Assembly (NCBI GenBank): GCA_051362555.1
Contig: CM120647.1
Span: forward strand, 3,410,001 to 3,474,000
Source of the DNA: Lingula anatina
Taxonomy: Eukaryota > Animalia > Brachiopoda
DNA length: 64,000 nucleotides
Direction: 5' to 3'
Position numbers and translations under genes: made by a program
In this document: one piece after another, positions 36,735 to 47,711 of the stretch
Layout of the letters: every line of letters begins with the position of its first letter
Numbering within the stretch: position 1 is the first letter of the stretch
Notes under the pieces: generated by a model
Seen by the model: the letters and a program-made list of their open reading frames with translations, nothing else
The model's database searches: none
Told to the model about the DNA's origin: nothing

Positions 36735-37410
36735 TTCCCATAATGCAACAGCAATTGTTGATGTCACAATGTACAATACCTTGCCATAATGCAACAGCAA
36801 TTGTTGATGTCACAATGTACAATACATTCCCATAATGCAACAGCAATGTTGATGTCACAATGTTCAATGTCTTCCCATAATACAACAGCCATTGTTGATG
36901 TCACAATGTTCAATGTCTTCCCATAATCAACAGCAATTGTTGATGTCACAATGTTCAATGTCTTCCAATATTACAACAGCAGTTGTTGATGTCACAATGT
37001 TCAATGTCTTACCATAATACAACAGCAACTGTTGATGTCACAATGTTCAATGTATTTCCATAATACAACAGCAACTGTTGATGTCATAATGTCCAATGTC
37101 TTCCCATAATACAACAGCAATTGTTGATGTCACAATGTTCAATGGATTCCCATAATACAACAGCAACTGTTGATGTCACAATGTTCAATGTCTTCCCATA
37201 ATACAACAGCAGTTGTTGACGTCACAATGTTCAATGTCTTTCCATAATACAACAGCAATTCTTGATGTCAAAATGTGTCTTAATTCCCATAATACAACAG
37301 CAATTGTTGACATCACAATGTATAATGTCTTCCCATAATACAACAGCAATTGTTGATGTCTCAATGTTCAATGTCTTAATTCCCATAATACATCAGCAAT
37401 TGCTGTTGTT
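36735..37410. repeat. 46-bp minisatellite, array 2 (~14 units)
   Basis: Same unit as 27685-28133. Confidence 0.95.
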
Positions 37411-37444
37411 AATGCTCAATAAATTTCCAACAACAAGAGACTAA

Positions 37445-37701
37445 GGCTTCATTCACATGCAATGTCTATTTTCTAAATTCTACTTTCTATTCGCGGCATG
37501 TGTTGTGATCACCGTCTGTGCCCTGAATATCCCGCGGCGTAAATACTGGCAGCGCGACCCAGTTACTATAAGTTACTATAAATAACTGGCTCGCGCTGCC
37601 GGTAATTACGCGGCGGGATATTCAGGGCACAGACCGTGATCATAAGATAGCGCGAATAGAAAATAGAATTTAGAAAACAGACATTGCATGTGAACGAAGC
37701 C
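37445..37701. mobile_element. PIF/Harbinger (Tourist-like) palindromic MITE, 257 bp
   Basis: TAA|GGCTTCATTCACATGCAATGTCT...AGACATTGCATGTGAACGAAGCC|TAA; near-palindromic over its whole length. Confidence 0.9.
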
Positions 37702-38319
37702 TAAATTGAATACAATATGTAGCAAAGTTTTATCTTGTATTACAAAGTATTGAAGTGTCCAAAATGATTTTCTTACCTGTCTTCCCCCATGACTGTGACA
37801 CATTCTATAGGCTATACAGTGGTAAAAGCTCTAAGATGGTTTGGGCAGCCACACTTTGTAAAGCACATCAGATAACAGTACTGTAGTATGGGGTGACTGA
37901 ATGAAGCTGTCATCTTACTGGATAGCTCATCTTACAGTGTATCATATCAGTTCTCTAAGTCCATCTTCTCCTTTTTCAGCAATATACCCATGTACCACAT
38001 CCTTTTCCATACACTAAAATTCAAAGAAATGAAATAATTAAAACTAATTTGCATTTGTCATGAAAGAAAATAATTAAAACTAGAGAGCAAAGCTTATAAA
38101 TATACAAATACCAAATAAATTGTTTCAACAATGCTAAAGCAAGGCAGAAAAGTTGTCGAATGTACAGACAAAAGGCAGAAAATGATGCACAAAAAGGTTA
38201 CTTTGTCAATTTTGATGCAATAATATGTATATCTTTAACAGTAAAGTCAACAGCAACAGGCAAGGTGGACGTTAGGAATATGTAACCAGCATAATGCTCA
38301 TGAGTGCAAATTCACACAG

Positions 38320-38784
38320 TAAATCTCGGCTCCGTTCGCCATGCGCGCGGAAGCTACCTGAGAAATATTAAGTGCGCATGCTCATCAATTAAACTCGAGG
38401 TGAAGAAAGCATGGCGGCTGGAGGCGATCGAAGGAAAAAAGCTCTTCTGTTCTATTATCTCTCAAAACAGAGACAAAAAAGAAATGAATTGGCCCGTAGA
38501 GCAGCAATGAATCGGCTATCTACGGAGATAATGTCACCAGAGATATTCACGGAGATACCCTGCCCCAGTAGATGGAGGAGGAGGAGGGCAGAATTTTTGC
38601 ATATGCAGTCTCGTCAGAGGGCGCAGTTCGTTCTGATGCTGATGTTTGCCTTGTTCCCTAAGCCTGATCCAACTGGAAGGGGGGGGTGTTTTCACGATTT
38701 TGATCCCGATTCATAGCTGCTCTACGGCCCAATTCATTTCTTTTTCTCAGGTAGCTTCCACATGGCGAACGGAGCTGAGATTTA
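38320..38784 (+). mobile_element. Inverted-repeat-bounded segment containing a short ORF (38411-38716)
   Basis: TAAATCTCGGCTCCGTTCGCCATG...GGAAGCTACCTGAGAAA pairs with TTTCTCAGGTAGCTTCC.CATGGCGAACGGAGCTGAGATTTA. No clear TSD. Confidence 0.55.
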
Positions 38785-40393
38785 ATGACTGTACCCCGCA
38801 GGGACGACGTGTGAGGAGGCGTGTGAGAGGCGGAGAGACTTTTAAAAGATTAGGCAGTTTTCCTTTCATGTACATCCGCCATATTTAGTCTAAGGATTTG
38901 TAAAGCCTGGCTCAAATCATTGTGAATGCGATCTTACATGCACCTTACCATCTTACATTAGACAAATAAGAGAAATTGACTTGAACGATTTTACTGTACT
39001 TGGTAAGTTTTTAACAAAATGTGGCAAGTGCAATAATATGTTTAAAGTGGCCAACAACAAGAGATGAAATCTGGACAAGTTTTGAAAAGATCATCCAGAA
39101 ACTACCTGATCCACCCTACTCTTCTCGGAAGAGCAAATGATGTTTTACAACACCACCATGCAGACATTTTTAATGGTTTAAATGTTGGCATAATTTTCAC
39201 TAAAGTTTTACCTAACCTCTGTTGCTAAGATAATAAAATAAACTCTTATTCTGGTAAAATATGGAATGTAAATTCTACAGACGTAGAAATCAACATATTA
39301 GTGATGCAATGTATCCAGTAGTGGTAAAGGTATTTATGTAGTCCTTGAAAAGTAAAACACCCACTGTAACCATTTACTATTTGTTGATTTGAATAAATGT
39401 TTTATTAATTTTGCTTTCTTATCGTGTGACATTTGTCATATCTGTATCATATCATATTCAGCTTCTAAAGTTGATTTTTAACTTAAAGAAATTAAAATGA
39501 AAACTGTTGCTTTGGACCTAACCTTCATTACCAAATTGTTTATTTTTCATTTGCACATTGGATATGTTTGTGCTGATTGATCTACATTCATATTACAACA
39601 GATGGATAGCACTTTGTTCATAAACAACTAGTATGATATAAAAGAAAGTCTGTTCCCAGTGATTTCTAAAATCATATTTAAATTGGAATACCTCAGGCTT
39701 TGTATTTATAGAAAACATGTGACTTATTACCAAAGTGTTTGCACCACATTTTCTATAATTGAAGAGAAATGTTAAATTAGTAATGTTCAATATTTTTGAA
39801 TTCATACAAAATCTTGGCAACTGAATCAAAAATGGAACCTATGACCTATGGAATGATTGAAATATAACCCAATTTAGATGTTACCTAACCTCCATAACGA
39901 AAAATTATTGTATTAAGGGGCCCGCACACGGTGAGCATTCGGCGCACGCCACTTGCACTGCGCCAGATGCTCGCGCTCCTCAGCTCCCCACAAATGATGC
40001 GCTCTTTGCTCAGCAGAGATGCCTCCCGGCCTGCCCCTATCTGACGCACCGCGAACTGTGGGATCATGTGATTAACGAAACATTACATTTTTTTTTCTGA
40101 AAGTAATGACAAATGGTGACCACGTTAATCAATCAGACTAACTATAACTGTGTACATTTTTGTTTACTTCGCTGGAGGCTGCCATTTTTCTTTGTTTCCG
40201 GCTACCGGCACATGCGCATTGTTGGCATGGTGTGAGTAATCGGTGCTTGCACCCCGCACACGCTGAGACATTTGCCTCAAGAGACCAAAAATATCAAACA
40301 CGTGAGATATTTTGCTCAGCCGCGCGAGAGGCAAAAATCTCACCAAAAAAGCCCCGCACATGATGAGAAAACGGCGCAGTGCAAGTGGCGCGC

Positions 40394-40843
40394 TGTAGTG
40401 ATCCGTTAATTAGAGCTGAGTCTTCTAAATTTGCATACATCAGATATGTATATATTTGTAAGTTTTAATTATTCAAATATACTTAGACATGACATGTTGC
40501 ATGGCAGTTTAAGAGAAGTTCATTTAAAATGCAAATCAAGATTTAATTTAAATGTATCTACAATTAAGTTAATGTACATAGGCATGGCATGTTTCATGAC
40601 AGTTATGAAAGCTAATTTGAAATGCAAATTAAGATAGAGTATAAAGGCAGTGACTGAGCCACAGAGACTGGAGAGACTTACATACTGAGAGAGTTAGATA
40701 TAGTTATAGATACGGTAGAAGAGACCTGAGTCTTCAGGCGCTTGAATAAACCATGTAACAGAAAACAATTCTTGCCTGTCTCAGTTGTCTTATTGGTGAA
40801 AATGTAACTTTAAGGTGTGTATAACCACCGACCGGTTATTACA
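40394..40843 (+). repeat. 5' LTR
   Basis: Direct repeat of 42538-42990; TATAAA at 40640-40645 and AATAAA at 40745-40750. Confidence 0.95.
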
Positions 40844-40904
40844 AATGGCGGGGTCCCAGGTTTCACCTTAAGCAGCTGAGACAGAAAGGCAGTCTATAGT
40901 CAAG

Positions 40905-42017
40905 ATGCTGTATGAAGACGAGGACCAGTATGAAGACCCAGACATCTACAGCAGGCTGTTAGATTGTCTGGGTGGAATCAGTAGTGTTCTGAAGACGCAG
41001 GAAACAAGCAAAGAAGATGTACTTTTATTGTCAAATTCCCTCGCAAATGTGTGGGAAATAATGAAAGAAGAAACAACAGAATATGATGATGGAAACAAAC
41101 TATCTTTCGAAGCAATGATAAGCAACATCCAGATAGAAGTGGGGCAGAGAAGCAAAGTGGGTGAGGACAGCTGTGATGAAGAGACTGCAATAGGGAAAGA
41201 AGTTAGAGAGAGGATCCAGAGCAATGAGGTTGTGATTAGCGGTGTTGCTAACAAATCTCCAAAAGAAGAATTCCCTGGTGCCGAGATGTTGCAGCTCCCC
41301 GATGGAGGCAACGATGATGTGGTCAGTGACGTTGCTGACAAAGCAAAATCTCCCGAATTTGAGATTTTGAAACCCTTTATGACCAGTGGTGATTCTGATG
41401 TATTAAATTCCCCTGATGCAGAAATGTTGCTGTTCCCTGGTGAAGAGAGGTTGTGGCCCAGTGATGCTGAACTGTTGAAGTCTACTGATGATAAGATGAA
41501 GTTTCCCTGTGAGAAGATGATGAAAACCCCTGATGTCGAAATGCTGCGTGTTGAAGAAATGGCCACCAATAAGACCAAACTGATCGAAAATGAGTGTTAC
41601 CAGGAAGACAACGAAGAAAATGACAAACAAGCGAAGGAAAAGATTGAGCAAAAGAGATACTATGAGGACAATGACGGAAATGATGAACAAGTAATGGAAA
41701 AGGAAAAACTGCATGTTGGAGAAACGGACAATGATAAGGCCAAGCTGTTTGAAAATGTGTGTTACAATGAGGACAATGAAGAAAATGACGAACAAGTGAA
41801 GGAAGAGAATGATCTGCGTACTGAGGAAAGGGACAATGATATGGTGAATTTGAATATACCTGCTTATTACAAGGATAAAGACAGAAATGAAAAACAAGGG
41901 AAGAAAACGAATGACTTGTTTGATGTTTTAGAAAGAACTGAAAAACCTCACTTGAAAGGTATAGAGAAATGGAGGTACCCACCTCATTGCAAAATAAGGC
42001 ATTTTTCTAATAAGTAA
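40905..42017 (+). CDS. Orphan acidic, internally repetitive 370-aa protein carried by the LTR element
   Basis: Uninterrupted ATG-to-TAA ORF starting about 60 nt after the 5' LTR, in the position gag would occupy. E/D/N/K-rich, with xPDAEML-like and YxEDNxxNDxQ repeats. Confidence 0.75.
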   Translation: MLYEDEDQYEDPDIYSRLLDCLGGISSVLKTQETSKEDVLLLSNSLANVWEIMKEETTEYDDGNKLSFEAMISNIQIEVGQRSKVGEDSCDEETAIGKEVRERIQSNEVVISGVANKSPKEEFPGAEMLQLPDGGNDDVVSDVADKAKSPEFEILKPFMTSGDSDVLNSPDAEMLLFPGEERLWPSDAELLKSTDDKMKFPCEKMMKTPDVEMLRVEEMATNKTKLIENECYQEDNEENDKQAKEKIEQKRYYEDNDGNDEQVMEKEKLHVGETDNDKAKLFENVCYNEDNEENDEQVKEENDLRTEERDNDMVNLNIPAYYKDKDRNEKQGKKTNDLFDVLERTEKPHLKGIEKWRYPPHCKIRHFSNK

Positions 42018-42537
42018 GTTGTCTATGAGTAATTTTTAATAATTATTGTTTCTTTTATTCAATGTATGAAAAAAAAAGGAGGTATCAACTTCACTGGATT
42101 TTTTTTCAATAAGGCTACTAAATTGTCCTAAGATTGATTTTCATGAAATTTTCTGTTAATTTTTATATGTGGCACTTTCCTTTATTTGCATACAATTTTT
42201 TTAAAATGCATGCACCAGTTTTTATGTTGTGAAATGTGTATTATCTATTGACTGATTTAAGTAAAAGATGTAAGGCAGTAAGATTTTTATTTTTAAATAT
42301 GTGTGTATGTCTATGCAAAGCTAAAGTATGTTTAAAAGTCCTTTAATGCTTATGTGAAGCTAAAATTGTTTTATTATTGTTAATTCTTGGTTAAATTTGA
42401 TTAGAAGATGTTCAAGTACTTTGTATTATAGCTTAACATTCTATGAATTACAGAATATAAATAGGTGTCAGTGAAATAGGTTTTTTTAAAAAAAATTAAG
42501 TTTCTTAATTTTTTTCGGTAAAAAAGGGAGATATATG

Positions 42538-42990
42538 TGTAGTGATCCGTTAATTAGAGCTGAGTCTTCTAAATTTGCATACATCAGATATGTATATATT
42601 TGTAAGTTTTAATTATTCAAATATACTTAGACATGACATGTTGCATGGCAGTTTAAGAGAAGTTCATTTAAAATGCAAATCAAGATTTAATTTAAATGTA
42701 TCTACAATTAAGTTAATGTACATAGGCATGGCATGTTTCATGACAGTTATGAAAGCTAATTTGAAATGCAAATTAAGATAGAGTATAAAGGCAGTGACTG
42801 AGCCACAGAGACTGGAGAGACTTACATACTGAGAGAGTTAGATATAGTTATAGATACGGTAGAAGAGACCTGAGTCTTCAGGCGCTTGAATAAACCATGT
42901 AACAGAAAACTATTCCTGCCTGTCTCAGTTGTCTTATTGGTGAAAAAGTATCTCAAAGAACAAGTGTATAACCACCGACCGGTTATTACA
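42538..42990 (+). repeat. 3' LTR
   Basis: Identical to the 5' LTR up to ...CAGAAAAC, then locally divergent before a shared terminus. Confidence 0.95.
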
Positions 42991-43225
42991 GCGCGCCAAA
43001 TGCTCACCGTGTGCGGGCCCCTTAAATGTTTACACGTGGATATTTCTTGAAATACAGTAATGGTTTGGGTTCTTCTGCTACTATCTGAATACCTCTTCAT
43101 TAAAATATTGTGAAAAGTTTCCCAGTTTTGCAAAGTTCATATTTCTGCATTTCTCATTTTGGAATTGTACCCTTTCTTCTGGAATGACCGAGATGCTATC
43201 AAATGTTAATTAGCTTTCAATTAAC

Positions 43226-43582
43226 ATTGTTCACCACCTCCTATTCTCTTTATATTATAACAGCAAACTTTTTATCCAATTACATCTAGCTCAGCATGCA
43301 CTCCTAATTTATATACTTTAATTTACTATAAATAGATGTTAATTAGCATTGTTCACCACTTCCCCTTCTCTTTATATTATAACAGCAAACTTTTTATCCA
43401 ATTACATCTAGCTCAGCATGCACTCCTAATTTATATACTTTAATTTACTATAAATAGATGTTAATTAGCATTGTTCACCACTTCCCCTTCTCTTTATATT
43501 ATAACAGCAAACTTTTTATCCAATTACATCTAGCTAAGCATGCACTCCTAATTTATATACTTTAATTTACTATAAATAGATG
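43226..43582. repeat. 122-bp tandem repeat (~3 units)
   Basis: CAGCAAACTTTTTATCC starts at 43261, 43383 and 43505. Confidence 0.93.
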
Positions 43583-44633
43583 TCAGAGAAGTCTTTATTG
43601 TGACACAACAAAAAATAAAACTTGTTTTAAACTTATCAAGGAAATAGTCACAACCACTTCAAAAACTTATGCTTAACCTCAAAGCCACAAAATACCCAAA
43701 AGCTTGTGTTAGTCTGAATGAAGTAAAAACAATGATTAAAAAAAAAAGGGAAGGACCTAAGTGCAAGTGTAATCTCTGCAATGCCATGGATGTCTCAATG
43801 TAAACTTAATTATTACCCACTATAATAATGTATCATACTATGTCAGCTGCTTGGCCTTATTTTCCTGTTGTAATTTCAATCAACAGAAGTAGTTAGAAAC
43901 AATATTAGTAAACACTGTATCATTATTTAATTTATTCTGTTGGTGAATAGCTACTCAGCTAATGTTTGTACATTTATTCTTTCTGACATGAAATAAACTA
44001 TATTGTATTGTATTGTTTTGTTTTGTATTGGGACGGGGATGTCTAAAAACACCATAACAGTAATTAAAGCTAAACATTGTAAAGCATAACTGGGGCAACA
44101 AACAAAATAAAACAAACGTCAATTCTATGTATCTTTTTTATAAGTTCCAAAATGCGTCACACGGTTTTCTTTTTATTGTATTTACGGTGACAAGCTGTAT
44201 TTCAGTCCTACCATTCTTTTCTGTAGGTTTGAGAATTGTAAGTATCTGGTTTACTTTAAATTGCCATTACTGCGGCAGTGCCCAAAATAGGGTTTTCTTC
44301 AAGTTCGATGCAATACTACATACATAATGCTCATAATCACCACCAATTTTAATGTTGTACTGCAGATGATAGGTATTTAGAAATGAGACTAGCAAAAGTC
44401 TTCAGGCCCATTGAAGTTCTAAGGCATACTTTGAAATTACCATGATGAAAAAAAATTAAATTTTCCACACACATACACACAAACTCCTTTAATTGCAACA
44501 ACAAAAAAAGTACCAGTATACGATCAGACTGGTTTTAAAATGCCAGTTGTATCTAAGTCATATTTTTCAGTCCTGAAAGTTTGAAGACAGGCAATTTTTT
44601 TCCATGAAATAGGGTATCTGCATTGCATATTAC

Positions 44634-44681
<48 letters not shown>

Positions 44682-45274
44682 TGGTAAGAATAATACATAC
44701 TGAAAAAAAAAAAAAAAAACGCATAACTTTTAAAAAAACTCTGATGAAGCTGGATTTGAAATCCAACCTGTATCTAAGTCACATTTGTCAGTCCTATAAG
44801 TTTATATGGAAGGTGTTATCTTTATGCCATAAAAAAAACTCATAACAAAAATACTGATCACTGACTCCTGAAGGTTTGAAAACAAAAAGCCTATTGGTTT
44901 TCCTTGAAATGTGTTGCTTGTATTGCATACATGCTGATAAAAGTGAAAAAAAAAAGATTAACCTTTGAGAAAAAAATTGGTGGGAGCATGCCAATTTTTT
45001 AATTCTGCCTGTTTATCATGAATGTTCATCAGTTCTGCCAGTTTGAAGACAACAGATCTACCAGTTTTCAACTTATTAACAATGAAAGTGCACAGAGACA
45101 ACAGAAATGTTGGGGACAACAACAACAGATGCAAGTGATGGCTACATATACAGGCACAGTGTGTCTGTACATAAAACAGTAAAAATATTACAATATGATT
45201 GACAAACAATATGACTGAATAATATACTAAGCAAGTGAAAAAAGCAATGTATTCTCAATAATCTAACACCACTT

Positions 45275-45670
45275 GCTGATGTCACAATGCTCAATCTCTT
45301 ACCAAAATACAGCAGCAGCTGTTGATGCTGAAATGCTCAATGTATTCCCATAATGCAACTGCAATTGTTGATGTCACAATGCTCAATGTATTCCCATAAT
45401 GCAACTGCAATTGTTGATGTCACAATGCTCAATGTATTCCCATAATGCAAGCAGCAACTGCAATTGTTGATGTCACAATGCTCAATGTATTCCCATAATG
45501 CAAGCAGCAACTGCAATTGTTGATGTCACAATGCTCAATGTATTCCCATAATGCAAGCAGCAACTGCAATTGTTGATGTCACAATGCTCAATGTATTCCC
45601 ATAATGCAAGCAGCAACTGCAATTGTTGATGTCACAATGTTCAATGTATTCCCATAATGCAACTGCAACT
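45275..45670. repeat. 46/52-bp minisatellite, array 3 (variant)
   Basis: TTGTTGATGTCACAATGCTCAATGTATTCCCATAATGCAA(GCAGCA)..., a variant of the 46-bp unit. Confidence 0.92.
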
Positions 45671-47711
45671 GGTTGAATTGAACCGAGATTAAATTACTGT
45701 GTCTCTGCAGAAACGATGCCTGGGGAGGCATTTAAGAGGTGGAGAGACTATAACAGGATGAAGCGGTCTTCCTTTCATGTAGGTCTGCCATATTTAGGTC
45801 ATGGCCTGGCTAGCACTGGGCTCTTCTCGTTCTGAATGGTCCCTATGTATAATACAACAGCAAGCTTTAAACTGTTAACAAGTTAGCAACAGTTGAAATC
45901 ACAATTTCCAATGTCTTTCTGTTATAAAACAGCAATTATTGTTATTTATAAATGTTCATTCTTTTAACACAACAAGAGAAACCAATGTGAGGCAAAGTTC
46001 TATCTGGTGTTATGCTGTGGTAAAGTTACCAAAATGATTTTCTTCGATCCCTCATAACTTTGACCCATTCATTGTATGTATGTTGCATTATATGTTGTGT
46101 AATGTACGTATATGACAAACATTAAAATAGGATATATGAACTGCAGAGGTTTAATTAGCAAGAACCAAGTTCAAAGAAGAGATATTTGATTTTTGTTTGA
46201 GAAAGTATGACATTGCTTAACTGAATGACAAGCATTATGAAAACAAGACAGCAAAGCTGTTAAATATACTGTCATAAAGCAGATAATAATAATAATTCAA
46301 CAATGTACAAAACAGGTTTGTTGTCAATTTTTATGTAATATTACTTTGTTTGCCAGCAAAATCACAATCACTTTTCCATAATGTGCACAAGTAAATAAAG
46401 GGATAACCATGCTTATACCACACTAGACAATGGTTCACCTATCCTTTCCAACATGTAAAGTTACACAGTGGTCCACTGAGACTACAACACACTTTAAGAT
46501 GATGCCAGATGCACAACAAAGACAAACCCATCCTTATATGATAATGAAAAACTGTAATAAATCAATCACTTCTGTCAAAAACTCATAAAATTTCACCAAC
46601 CAGAAATTAACATGTTAATGAGAGCCCAAAGCAGCCTAGAGAGATTGCAATTGTCTTTTGAGGAATAAAAATATCCCATGGTACAGTTCACTGGGACTTC
46701 AATTCACCTTTGGGTTAAATCAGATTATACCGTCATCCTCTTTTAAAGATCAGAACTGAATGAGGAAAGATGTTTAAAGGATATACAGACTGTAACATTG
46801 ACTTAGGGTAATTTTCAAATGCCTACAATGTGCAAGACTTTATATGCTGTAATACACATTTTATAATAAGTTTGACATTTCAGCACCTTTTACAAAATTT
46901 ATAACAATTTTTTGAAAATAAGACATTATTTTTAGATAAGGAATATGAATTTACCTCTTTTTGCAGAGCAAACAATGGATTCAACACATCTGCATCAATC
47001 ATTTTGTCACAAACATCAACGCTGTCATTTACAGTCAATTTCCAGAAAATTATGAAGCAGATTTGAAAAAAAAGTTTATCTTAACAATCATGTCATTTTT
47101 TAAAAGCAAAAAACTTCTCCATTTACAAATATTTGTTGATAAGGCAATAAATTAAATCAAACAAGGTCAAATTTAAATCCTCTGTAAAAAGAAATCAAAG
47201 TTTTTCTTGTCAACAAAATATGTGTACATTTGTAGGATAACTGAAGAAAAGAAAATGATATTCTTGCATCAAAACATTAAAATATAATCATGTCACATGT
47301 TCCTAACTATAACATCTACTCCAAGACCTGGATGCTGTCATAAGGTGTTAACTGTGGCTATCTATCTGGACACTGCCCACAGGAATGTGACAATACTGAT
47401 ACATGTGCACTGTTAGTGTACTGGTTAAAATTTTTATTATTTTTTTCACCAAAATAAAAGAATGCATTTCAAAAGTAAACAGTTCTGCCGACCTAGAACT
47501 GAATATGGAGATTTCAAAACATGGAAAAGTGGTTCAGGGAAAAAATCTTTTCTGTTCCTCTGCGTACACTGATTTTTACTTCCTATCTGCACAGATTCCC
47601 AGAGCGAACTTTTAGACATAACAGAAATCTGGTGACAGAAACCCCATGCCTGAACCCAAAAAGATACTGATGATATATAAACATAGCATTGATACCAAAT
47701 AGATTTATATA

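Larger units (their letters stand above)
40394..42990 (+). mobile_element. Non-autonomous LTR retroelement with an orphan ORF (2597 bp)
   Basis: LTRs TGTAGT...ATTACA of 450 and 453 bp; GCGC TSD; TGG-starting PBS-like sequence at 40846; purine tract AAAAAAGGGAGA at 42520-42531; no RT or integrase motifs. Confidence 0.92.
39917..43021. mobile_element. TTAA-flanked MITE (~504 bp without the insert), Kolobok-like termini, split by an LTR element
   Basis: TTAA|GGGGCCCGCACACGGTGAGCATT...AATGCTCACCGTGTGCGGGCCCC|TTAA. The right TIR is interrupted between 40393 and 42991. Confidence 0.85.

Noticed and set aside
40431-40637. Duplicated 68-aa ORF (also 42575-42781)
   Set aside because: It lies within the LTR U3, has a non-ATG start, and is duplicated only because the LTR is.
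40846-40864. Assigning a specific tRNA to TGGCGGGGTCCCAGGTTTC
   Set aside because: I cannot match it confidently to a tRNA 3' end without the organism's tRNA set; left as PBS-like.
40946-41982. Long antisense ORFs over the orphan ORF
   Set aside because: Expected shadows of a purine-rich, low-complexity coding strand.
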